From a virus: a stretch of 57,359 nucleotides of DNA. The stretch is from IMG/VR virus record IMGVR_UViG_3300011429_000011, positions 1 to 57,359 of that record, one strand, 5' to 3'. The notes under the pieces were generated by a model that ran no database searches, was not told the DNA's origin, and saw nothing but the letters and a program-made list of their open reading frames with translations. This document shows positions 27,792 to 35,524 of the stretch, piece after piece. Made by a program: the position numbers and the translations under genes. Within the stretch, counting starts at the first letter, position 1, and each line of letters opens with the position of its first letter.

Positions 27792-28863
27792 CGACGCTCT
27801 CCGGCTTCTTTGGCTCTTCTCGTTTTTCGCGACGACGCTGCAACCACTCTCGACAAGCGCGGTTCCAATCGTTATCTACGCTCCCGAGAGTTAGAACCCT
27901 GTCTGCATCCCCGTATCTTTTCATCCGATGATATTCGTGTGCTTCCAAACAGACCGAAACTTCATGAGGCCAAGATCCCTTTGGAAAAATATGATAACCG
28001 GTATGCAATAGATCGTTATCTGCTAATGTCAAAATCTGTGCGATGTGTATATCGATCTCTTCTGGATTTTCCATTGGTGTATGATGCACACGTTCTTTGA
28101 ATGCATCATAGTAGCTACCAATGTAATCGCCACGATCGATCAAATTACGGATCGGTTCACATTGCTTCAGCGTTTCGAGATAGGCGTGCCAGTTCACACT
28201 CACCTGATACATCCGTCCCATCGGACAGCCAATTTTCAGAGCCATGTATTCGAGAAGCATGGAAAAATGGACGGCATTCGCGCCGTAGGCTCCCCAGATG
28301 ATATCGTTAGACCGGCAGAAGATTATTAAATCCAGCCTACCGATTTGATCACGCTGAAATGTGGCGGTCGTATTGCACGGAACATCTTTGCCTGGATTAT
28401 CCAAGTCAGTCTCAGCATCCCACATTTGTAGAATGCAACGACGATCATTTGGATCTTTCCGTAAGCGATCAGCGATCGCTCTCAATTGATCATAAGGTGC
28501 CGTTGGATGTTGTAAATCAAACCAATTGCGCCAACGAGCTCCGTATGCACCATGGAATGTATGGCCATCGTCAGAATAGCTCGCCATGTTCTTGGCATAT
28601 TTGACGACGCCAGCAAGATCGTCACGACCAGCTAGCATCCACAGCGATTCGTAGAGATGGAAGAATGGGTTAGCGTCGCGCTGCGACCAGAATAGGACTC
28701 GCTGCCACGGTTTGTTGTAGATCGTTGTGACTGGAACTGGTGAGATGCGGACTGGGCCGTTACGACTATCGCGATTGTAGCCCTCGTAGTGCAGATAGCG
28801 GAGCGCGAATGGCAGAGCTTCGTGGACGTTCTGCACAAAGAGAGTTTTCATTTGAAAATCCAA
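27775..28863 (-). CDS. thymidylate synthase-family enzyme (ThyA or deoxypyrimidine-monophosphate hydroxymethylase) with ~100-aa C-terminal extension
   Basis: …NDRRCILQMWDAETDL… (cf. ThyA RRxIxSAWNPxDL). Catalytic Cys in …DVPCNTTATFQ…. RSNDIIWGAYGAN resembles the ThyA RSCDVFLGLPFN region. Confidence 0.65.
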   Translation of the reverse strand: MDFQMKTLFVQNVHEALPFALRYLHYEGYNRDSRNGPVRISPVPVTTIYNKPWQRVLFWSQRDANPFFHLYESLWMLAGRDDLAGVVKYAKNMASYSDDGHTFHGAYGARWRNWFDLQHPTAPYDQLRAIADRLRKDPNDRRCILQMWDAETDLDNPGKDVPCNTTATFQRDQIGRLDLIIFCRSNDIIWGAYGANAVHFSMLLEYMALKIGCPMGRMYQVSVNWHAYLETLKQCEPIRNLIDRGDYIGSYYDAFKERVHHTPMENPEEIDIHIAQILTLADNDLLHTGYHIFPKGSWPHEVSVCLEAHEYHRMKRYGDADRVLTLGSVDNDWNRACREWLQRRREKREEPKKPESVGGTSV

Positions 28864-28965
28864 TCAAGTAATCGCACCATTAGTGCTGAAATGAGCATAG
28901 CTCGAAGACAAGAGAAGCAGACACAAATGCCCGGATCTCCGCAGAGCTTACAGGTTGTAAACCAC

Positions 28966-29661
28966 TTAGTCCAAGATTTTGGCGCCACTGTTCACCAATC
29001 TCTCCGGAGTTCCCCAGTCCTGGAAATTTGTGATGACATGCGCATATTTCGGCCCAGGATAATCATTCATGGCCATCGACAGATACGGCTCTTGACTATG
29101 ACGGATTGCTCGGCTGATTGCTATGTCCAGCGCAATCTCGAGCTTCCGAACTGAATTGAAGATGCGAATTCCAACGATCCCCCATTGAGAAATCGGTTCT
29201 TTCTCGACGAAGCGCGTTGGGAATGGGATTTGGTCAACTCGAGAGGCATTGGGGTCGAATGTCTGTGTAACTGCTACGACTACTTCCGCAATTTGCGAAT
29301 GTGTGATCATCTTGAAAATATCGATTGGATCTAGGACCATGTCACAATCAGCGATTAGGACAGCATCGTTAGCTGGGAGACCAATAATCGCTTGTCGAAT
29401 CGTATCAGCTTGTCCGATGGTCTCTATGACTATAGTTTTCGTACCCTTGTAGTCTTCAGGTCTTTCGACACCGGCTGGCAGTGCCGTCAGGACATATGGG
29501 TCCTCTACGGGCAGAGTTCCTCGAACATGGGCCAGCATTGATAGCGTTAGTCCATTTCTGTCTTGGACTTTTAGTAATGGCTTAATAGTCGAATAGCCGA
29601 CATCGGCAAATCGCTGAGATTGTCCGGCTGCTGGAATTATAGCCCACATTCGTTTAGACAC
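28966..29661 (-). CDS. sugar-phosphate nucleotidyltransferase-like (MurU/GlmU/RmlA fold)
   Basis: N-terminal signature AIIPAAGQSQRF, the G-x-G-x-R nucleotidyltransferase motif. Confidence 0.55.
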   Translation of the reverse strand: MSKRMWAIIPAAGQSQRFADVGYSTIKPLLKVQDRNGLTLSMLAHVRGTLPVEDPYVLTALPAGVERPEDYKGTKTIVIETIGQADTIRQAIIGLPANDAVLIADCDMVLDPIDIFKMITHSQIAEVVVAVTQTFDPNASRVDQIPFPTRFVEKEPISQWGIVGIRIFNSVRKLEIALDIAISRAIRHSQEPYLSMAMNDYPGPKYAHVITNFQDWGTPERLVNSGAKILD

Positions 29662-30380
29662 TTAATCCTTACCTCCCGACACCATGAAACGACGGATTCA
29701 CGTCGTTTCGGTTTGGAGAACTCAAATTTCTCGATTCGAAGTGTTGTTGCTGCCAACCAGAAAGAGACCTTATGTCGGATACTAGGATTCAGCCAAAAAT
29801 CTGGAAATTTATAACGAATAATCGGCTCTCCGTATGCAGCAACTTCCCATCCAAAATAAGATTGCATGATTCGTGCCATATCGCTTTCCCGGCATTGTGG
29901 CACGTAGGCTCTAGGCGGACGTGGATCACAGAGGATAAGTTGGCCGTTACGGAGTAGTGTGTTTGAAGCGGTTGGATCACCATGTGTCATGCAGAAAGAA
30001 GTCGGCACTGCCCAGTCCGGAACTTCAAGACCGAGCTCCTTGTGATGATCCTTATAGCTTTTACCAGCAACATCGTAATCTTGCGATGGCCGAGACCAAA
30101 CACGCTTCTTTAGTAACTCTGTAATTTGGCACAGAAGATCGGGATGACGCGCCGCCTTCTCGAGCTTCTCCATCACGTAGCCATCCGTCGTTAGACAGAG
30201 GATACGTGGCGTGACATCTTTACCGAGTACCTCGCAGTAAGCGCCTTCCTGAAGGCACTCCGGCCCGGTTTTGAAAACTGCTGGCAGCAGAAGCGAACCG
30301 CTATTGCCTGTTACGAAGTCCATCTTCCATTGCCCGTTTCCACTGTACGACAACTTCCATTCGAGGGACTGAACCTGCAT
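29637..30380 (-). CDS. APH/choline-kinase-fold phosphotransferase (anomeric sugar kinase-like)
   Basis: Catalytic loop …MTHGDPTASNTLL…ILCDPRP (HGD-x4-N…D), typical of APH/AmgK/NahK-type kinases. The 3' end overlaps the nucleotidyltransferase-like gene. Confidence 0.5.
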   Translation of the reverse strand: MQVQSLEWKLSYSGNGQWKMDFVTGNSGSLLLPAVFKTGPECLQEGAYCEVLGKDVTPRILCLTTDGYVMEKLEKAARHPDLLCQITELLKKRVWSRPSQDYDVAGKSYKDHHKELGLEVPDWAVPTSFCMTHGDPTASNTLLRNGQLILCDPRPPRAYVPQCRESDMARIMQSYFGWEVAAYGEPIIRYKFPDFWLNPSIRHKVSFWLAATTLRIEKFEFSKPKRRESVVSWCREVRIKCLNECGL

Positions 30381-31077
30381 AGTCTTTCTGGGTCACTCGG
30401 ACATAGGCTGGGAAGAACGACGCGAGCTTCATGACATCAGTATTGTTCTTTTCGACAGTGCGTTCGTTCGTGCAGCCACCAGGATTCCCGAAGGCTTGGT
30501 CGACAACGAACGAAAAATTCACGCTGTTTGGAAATCCTTTTGTTAGGAGCTGAAGACAAACATCCATGTCTTCATGCGTGCCAATTCGCCCGAACTCTGC
30601 GTGTTTCCGTAGTGTAGGAACATGGTAGCCGAGGACATACATCATCCTCTTACCGAGTTGCCATCCACCTGCTTGCGCCTTCTCGCTGATTCCACCGCCG
30701 CGAGCTGAGAATCCAGCATGAGGAACTTCTTCAGAGAGGACGGCGTCTAGCTCGACGAATGCTCGGATAATATCTTCTCCCTCAGCTTTTCGGAAACGTG
30801 CGGGATCATCTTGGCGTCGAACCGCGAACCGAAGATCATCATCGAGCATCACCAATTTTTCTGACTGTGCGGTTTCGATTATCCAGTGACGTTTCGCCGC
30901 AATCCCCATTTCTGGGTCGGGCTGCTCGCTCACTTCACAGGCTGGGAAGTTATTCCGATGGAAGACCGCTTCTTTTGGAGGACAGACAATCGTAACCTGC
31001 TCGTGCAGAGCCTTCGGCAAGTTCTCCAGAGTAGTCTGTCGAGAGATGCGGCCTTTAGTCGGGATGATGATCCTCAT
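30301..31077 (-). CDS. putative GT-A-like glycosyltransferase (DxD), paralog 1
   Basis: MRIIIPTKGR…VMLDDDLRF. It shares the N-terminal MKIIVPSIGR…FVDDDIR architecture with 31232..31990. Confidence 0.4.
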   Translation of the reverse strand: MRIIIPTKGRISRQTTLENLPKALHEQVTIVCPPKEAVFHRNNFPACEVSEQPDPEMGIAAKRHWIIETAQSEKLVMLDDDLRFAVRRQDDPARFRKAEGEDIIRAFVELDAVLSEEVPHAGFSARGGGISEKAQAGGWQLGKRMMYVLGYHVPTLRKHAEFGRIGTHEDMDVCLQLLTKGFPNSVNFSFVVDQAFGNPGGCTNERTVEKNNTDVMKLASFFPAYVRVTQKDYAGSVPRMEVVVQWKRAMEDGLRNRQ

Positions 31078-31334
31078 TGTCCGTGTTTCAATAACCTGAG
31101 TTGTGCCTCAGCTTCCGCAATTCGCATATAGGTATTGGAATTCGCATTTGCAAATCCAATATAGAACGGGCGTTCTAGCGCGTAGTCGATATCTCGTCGC
31201 AATGCTTCGAGATGATTGCGTCGACCACGCTCTAGCTCGGCAATTCGAGCTTCTTTATCTTCGACCACGCAACCCTCAATCCGATACCGATGTTCTGGCT
31301 GTGAGTCGTATTCTTTGTTTCCCGAATCGAACAA
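31074..31334 (-). CDS. hypothetical protein
   Basis: 86-aa ORF; overlaps the paralog 2 gene. Confidence 0.3.
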   Translation of the reverse strand: MFDSGNKEYDSQPEHRYRIEGCVVEDKEARIAELERGRRNHLEALRRDIDYALERPFYIGFANANSNTYMRIAEAEAQLRLLKHGQ

Positions 31335-31990
31335 ACGTGCGGATACAGATTCACTAATTTCATCAGGCAGTCGATCGTGATCTGTTCATTGCGCCACGAG
31401 TTGCAGCCGCCAACCGATGGGCTGACATTGCTGTGCGTTGCGCAGTAAGTGACAATCGTCCCATTACCTCGTTCTATTGCATGGATAACGAGAGCAATGT
31501 CTTCATAGACTGGCAATACTTCAAGTGGACAGTCGTCGAAGTGGGTGGGATTGATCCCATAGACGGTTGCCACGAACTTGTTACGAATCGCGAAGAAATC
31601 GTGACCGATTGTTTCAACTTTGTCTACAGCGTAATTCGAGAAGAGCTGCGGTGCGAGCCCTGCCATCGAGAAGCCGCCGAGACCGACATGCTCCTCGATT
31701 TGCTCGATCATCTTCTCGACACTGTTAACAGCCTTGAGGCTTACACGAATGTCATCATCGACAAAGATGAAAGGCTCCCGAACGCTCTCCATGATTTCTT
31801 TGCGGACGAGGCCAGTGTGCTTACAGCAGCTATCTGAGAGATGCATGATAGAGCAACCAGGATATGCAGCCCGGTATGCTTCGACTTCATCACTATGCAC
31901 AGCAAATACAATCGGACGATTGGCTTCCGGGAGCCATTTCATCGAATTGCACTTACCGGCTCTACCAATTGATGGGACGATGATCTTCAT
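31232..31990 (-). CDS. putative GT-A-like glycosyltransferase (DxD), paralog 2
   Basis: MKIIVPSIGRAGK…IFVDDDIRV. Paralogous to 30301..31077. Confidence 0.4.
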   Translation of the reverse strand: MKIIVPSIGRAGKCNSMKWLPEANRPIVFAVHSDEVEAYRAAYPGCSIMHLSDSCCKHTGLVRKEIMESVREPFIFVDDDIRVSLKAVNSVEKMIEQIEEHVGLGGFSMAGLAPQLFSNYAVDKVETIGHDFFAIRNKFVATVYGINPTHFDDCPLEVLPVYEDIALVIHAIERGNGTIVTYCATHSNVSPSVGGCNSWRNEQITIDCLMKLVNLYPHVCSIRETKNTTHSQNIGIGLRVAWSKIKKLELPS

Positions 31991-32193
31991 AATTCAGTTT
32001 GTAATACTGCTTGTCTTATGTTATCCATATTCGGAATATACAAGCCTTTGACGCGACCAGTATAGCCAATATCATTAATTTGTTTGATGGCGTCTTTCTT
32101 TACAACTTCAGAGATTTCTAAAACCGATTTATCTCTGAATTCGTGAAGATCTACGTCTACTTCTATGAATAATCTAATCCGTAGCATATTTCT

Positions 32194-33084
32194 TTACACT
32201 TGAAATCGCCGTTTGAGCCGCGAGCCACCGTAGGCGCGCATGTATTTGTCGAATTCACAATTCCAGTGCTCAACTTCCCGCATCTCCCATTGTTTCCATT
32301 CAGCAGGCCAATAATTCGGATTCTTGCTATGTTCGAGGAGCTCCTGCATGTATTCCAGCATCTTGCGCTGGTGTCCTACTGAACAGGAGAAAACATCGGA
32401 ATCGTTGTAGACGACCCAACCCAGTCCTCGAGCGCATCCGGGGCCAGCGTTTGCCCACGTCATTATGTCTTGTGCTTGATCAAGGATCGGTGTCCAACGA
32501 AGATCACTGACAGCTTCGTACGCCATGAAGCCGCCCATGAAATGGAGCTCGCGAATACTTTCCCATGCAACTCGAAGAGATCGATGTTCGGGTGGCTCAA
32601 CCATCCAGTCTGCAAGCATCCGTGGTAGCTGTGGCCGTGCCTCGTCGATGCAGGCCAGAATCCCTTCTAGCTTGCTGACACCATCACCAGCTTTGATAAT
32701 GTAGGCGCCTGTTACCACAGGACTGACACCAGTCAGCCGCGAACGGGCTTCCTGTGTATCCCAATCGTAGATGAGCAGATCTTTGATTGCTTCGCCAGTT
32801 TCGATACGATTGAACCAGCGGAAAATGAGCGTAGACTCTAATAGCTTCAAAAGTTTATAATTGCCAGACGATGGAAATCGTTCGAGGATGCCTTTGCGGA
32901 TCGTTTCCCGGAACCACACTGTTGTCTTGTCATCTTCACGATGAACTTGACAAAAGCGCCAGTTTTGAAAATGTGTGTCCGTTGTCCAGGGCCACGGTTT
33001 GCCAGCTTCCCGATTCAACTTTATCTGATAGCGTTCGCGAGCGGTCGCAAAGAAATGGTCAAGTAAGACGAATTTAGCTGGCAT
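32194..33084 (-). CDS. hypothetical protein in modification cluster (near-leaderless, first gene after P4)
   Basis: 296 aa. The ATG lies 11 nt after the -10 of P4. Confidence 0.5.
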   Translation of the reverse strand: MPAKFVLLDHFFATARERYQIKLNREAGKPWPWTTDTHFQNWRFCQVHREDDKTTVWFRETIRKGILERFPSSGNYKLLKLLESTLIFRWFNRIETGEAIKDLLIYDWDTQEARSRLTGVSPVVTGAYIIKAGDGVSKLEGILACIDEARPQLPRMLADWMVEPPEHRSLRVAWESIRELHFMGGFMAYEAVSDLRWTPILDQAQDIMTWANAGPGCARGLGWVVYNDSDVFSCSVGHQRKMLEYMQELLEHSKNPNYWPAEWKQWEMREVEHWNCEFDKYMRAYGGSRLKRRFQV

Positions 33085-33095
33085 TTGAGAAACCC

Positions 33096-33124
33096 ATCAT
33101 ACCACAGTTTTAAACCGATTGCAA
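33096..33124 (-). promoter_or_regulatory. conserved phage promoter P4 (TTGCAA-17-TATGAT)
   Basis: - strand: TTGCAA tcggtttaaaactgtgg TATGAT. Confidence 0.6.
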
Positions 33125-33286
33125 GCCACATTTTCATCGCGCTGCAATTTATGGTGATGTCAGGTGGAGTTCCAGGACTTCCCGTGGCGCGTCCCAGTAA
33201 TAAGGTATGGCTTACCCTTACCCGGTAGGTCAGGTTGCGCCACAGGGCACGCTAGGCGGGTCAAAACGGCATCGTGCGCGCAGGCT

Positions 33287-33838
33287 TTACCGGCCATTGT
33301 AGATATGTTTCAGGTTAACTATGGAGCTTTCTACTGACCTATGGCGAACAAATAGGCCACCCATATGGATCCAATGACCGGCATACTTCGTACGGTCATC
33401 AAGTAATACGTCACCGAGTTTGCCGTGACAATGTTTATCCTCGGAGAGACAACAGATGACCTGTTGATCAACTCCGAAGTTCCGAGCTACCCAGATTGCT
33501 TTTTGCTCGGCAGCATTCGTGATGCCAGTATTCGGTTTTGGTATACCGGTCAGGAATATAGGATCTGGATGGATCTGTGTTTTGATTGTGATCCAAAGTT
33601 GGAATGCGTTGGGCATCAACGGCATGTCACGAAAGAAGAATCCGTGATTGCGGATATTAGTCCAGAGGTCTGGTGGTTCGTATGTGTCTTGGTTTGGGCG
33701 AACTCCGAAGAGCTGCTCATAGAAACCATCCAGATCACCGAACACGCCATCGATATCAAGGTAGAGCTGCCTTTTCAGACGATCTGATGCGATCTTCGCG
33801 CGATTCAATGAATGCTGCATGGAATCTAAGAGGGTCAT
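33287..33838 (-). CDS. HAD-superfamily 5'(3')-deoxyribonucleotidase (NT5C-like)
   Basis: HAD motif I LYLDIDGVFGD. Start trimmed to MTLLDS (33838) to avoid overlap. Confidence 0.55.
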   Translation of the reverse strand: MTLLDSMQHSLNRAKIASDRLKRQLYLDIDGVFGDLDGFYEQLFGVRPNQDTYEPPDLWTNIRNHGFFFRDMPLMPNAFQLWITIKTQIHPDPIFLTGIPKPNTGITNAAEQKAIWVARNFGVDQQVICCLSEDKHCHGKLGDVLLDDRTKYAGHWIHMGGLFVRHRSVESSIVNLKHIYNGR

Positions 33839-34398
33839 ACCGTATAGCCTAAGAGACGGGCATGGTCGAGGAATCCTCGCTCCGCTGCGCGCCATGACCA
33901 AGGAGCCCACTTCCCAACTTTCTTGATCTCGTCTTCTGACGGCTTGGGGTAATTTGGTCTCTCGAACATATCGGAGTTATTGGCCTCGCGGAATGCTTCG
34001 TAGCGCACCATCAAGCGATCTGCCCATTCAACTTCAGGACAACGTTCCGGACAGCCGTCGGGATTCAAGTTTAGCGCGTCACATGCAACGAGCCAACCAC
34101 GCTCCTCGGCATCACGATATGCTTTCATTTCTGGCTCACATTTCAGCCATTTCAACATATCGCCGAGATACGCTTCAATCGCATCGTGAAACAAACCTTC
34201 ACGTTCCCAGCCTGTTCCATCTAACAAACGTGAAACGTAGACTTGATGTTGTGCAATGCTCACTGGTCGTTTCAGCGCACCAAGAAATCTGTTTAGCGTG
34301 GCCGTATGATGAGCAATATCGAGGATGACAATATCGTTGGGTTTCAGATCCAAAGGATTAACTACACGACCAGTGAAAGTGGTCATCCGTGGGGCCAT
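33835..34398 (-). CDS. HD-domain phosphohydrolase (YfbR-like 5'-deoxynucleotidase)
   Basis: …LFHDAIEAYLGD… resembles YfbR LLHDAxExxTGD. Earlier His residues IAHHT. Confidence 0.5.
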   Translation of the reverse strand: MAPRMTTFTGRVVNPLDLKPNDIVILDIAHHTATLNRFLGALKRPVSIAQHQVYVSRLLDGTGWEREGLFHDAIEAYLGDMLKWLKCEPEMKAYRDAEERGWLVACDALNLNPDGCPERCPEVEWADRLMVRYEAFREANNSDMFERPNYPKPSEDEIKKVGKWAPWSWRAAERGFLDHARLLGYTV

Positions 34399-34564
34399 GA
34401 AACCCTCCTAGAACGGTAAGTTAAGTTGAAATGGACAGTGCCTACAACGAGCTACTTGATCTCGACCGATCCAGGCGCATCCGCAAATATATTGTATAAT
34501 CGCTATACTGTAATCCCGAAATAGTAGTTGCCCATATTGATCAACTACTAGATCGGAATAGAGA

Positions 34565-34891
34565 CTAAGTTGTGGCCGCATTTCCAGTCAGAGGAAGAGG
34601 AACATCCTCCTCATAGTGACAACCGCAAGTTGGACGGCCTTGCGCATCGATGGAATGCTGGTGCCCAGGAATCGAACGGAGCAGAACGCGGATATGTGAT
34701 TGCTCGTTTCGCTTGTTTGATCTTCCGACCTCCTCAATTTCATCGGAGGCTTTCTCGAGCCAGTCCTCGGCGATTTTTGCCAAGAACGCGCTCAGAGACA
34801 TTCTTCGGCGAGTTGCAGCCGTCTTCATGCCTTCCTTCACCTCTTTCGTGAAGTGAACGCCAACGAATTGATCGCGGTCAGAGAGAATCAT
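34565..34891 (-). CDS. ribbon-helix-helix (Arc/CopG-like) DNA-binding protein
   Basis: …VGVHFTKEVKEGMKTAATRRRMSLSAFLAKIAEDWLEK… is a beta-strand followed by two helices, typical of RHH. Confidence 0.5.
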   Translation of the reverse strand: MILSDRDQFVGVHFTKEVKEGMKTAATRRRMSLSAFLAKIAEDWLEKASDEIEEVGRSNKRNEQSHIRVLLRSIPGHQHSIDAQGRPTCGCHYEEDVPLPLTGNAATT

Positions 34892-35301
34892 GTTAGCACC
34901 ACCAGAAGTTCTTCAAAGACCCAAGAATGGTCAAATCCTGGAACGAAGTCGGACCATTCGCTGAAATCCTTGCCAATGTCATTTGGATGAACAATATAAA
35001 CACGTCGTTCATTTAACTGTTGGTAGTATACCACATAAAAGGCTAGACCTGCAAGTGCTAGCCTCTTCATCGTGAGCTCCTGTATCCCACGAGATTCAAA
35101 CTTCGGATCACCAAATTTTACTTCTATCCAAACAGTCTTCTTATTGCCCGTCACTGAGATATCTGGAATTCCATGGGTCAAATGGTCTTCGTGACGTATC
35201 ACGACGAAACGAGAATTATCTCGGATATATTTACACAGCTCTCCTTTTAGATTCGCTTCGTTTATCTTAGCCAAAGTCTTCCATTGTGCAATCGCCTGCA
35301 C
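34888..35301 (-). CDS. VRR-NUC / PD-(D/E)xK nuclease
   Basis: …GIPDISV…VWIEVKF… (D…ExK). Confidence 0.5.
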   Translation of the reverse strand: MQAIAQWKTLAKINEANLKGELCKYIRDNSRFVVIRHEDHLTHGIPDISVTGNKKTVWIEVKFGDPKFESRGIQELTMKRLALAGLAFYVVYYQQLNERRVYIVHPNDIGKDFSEWSDFVPGFDHSWVFEELLVVLT

Positions 35302-35524
35302 GGTGCCAGTGATGGCACTTAAAACACTCTAATCGAGGATTCTCTAGTTCATCAACGAGCTTCTGCAATATCTCTCTATCTGGCCGACGCACAAGCCAGC
35401 TTACTGATAAATCACGAAGACGCTCTATTTCTACTTCAGTTCGGAACTTGAGCAGAATCATTTGCTGCCGCTGCCTCTGCGGCTTCTCGTCGAAGTTTTG
35501 CGAGTTCTTCGGCGGCACACGCAC
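35267..35524 (-). CDS. hypothetical small protein
   Basis: 85-aa ORF; overlaps the polymerase 3' end. Confidence 0.3.
   Translation of the reverse strand: MRVPPKNSQNFDEKPQRQRQQMILLKFRTEVEIERLRDLSVSWLVRRPDREILQKLVDELENPRLECFKCHHWHRAGDCTMEDFG

Noticed and set aside
27260-27868. 202-aa ORF overlapping 27249..27791 in another frame
   Set aside because: Ser/Arg-rich low-complexity. The 27249..27791 frame gives a more protein-like sequence. Only one can be real.
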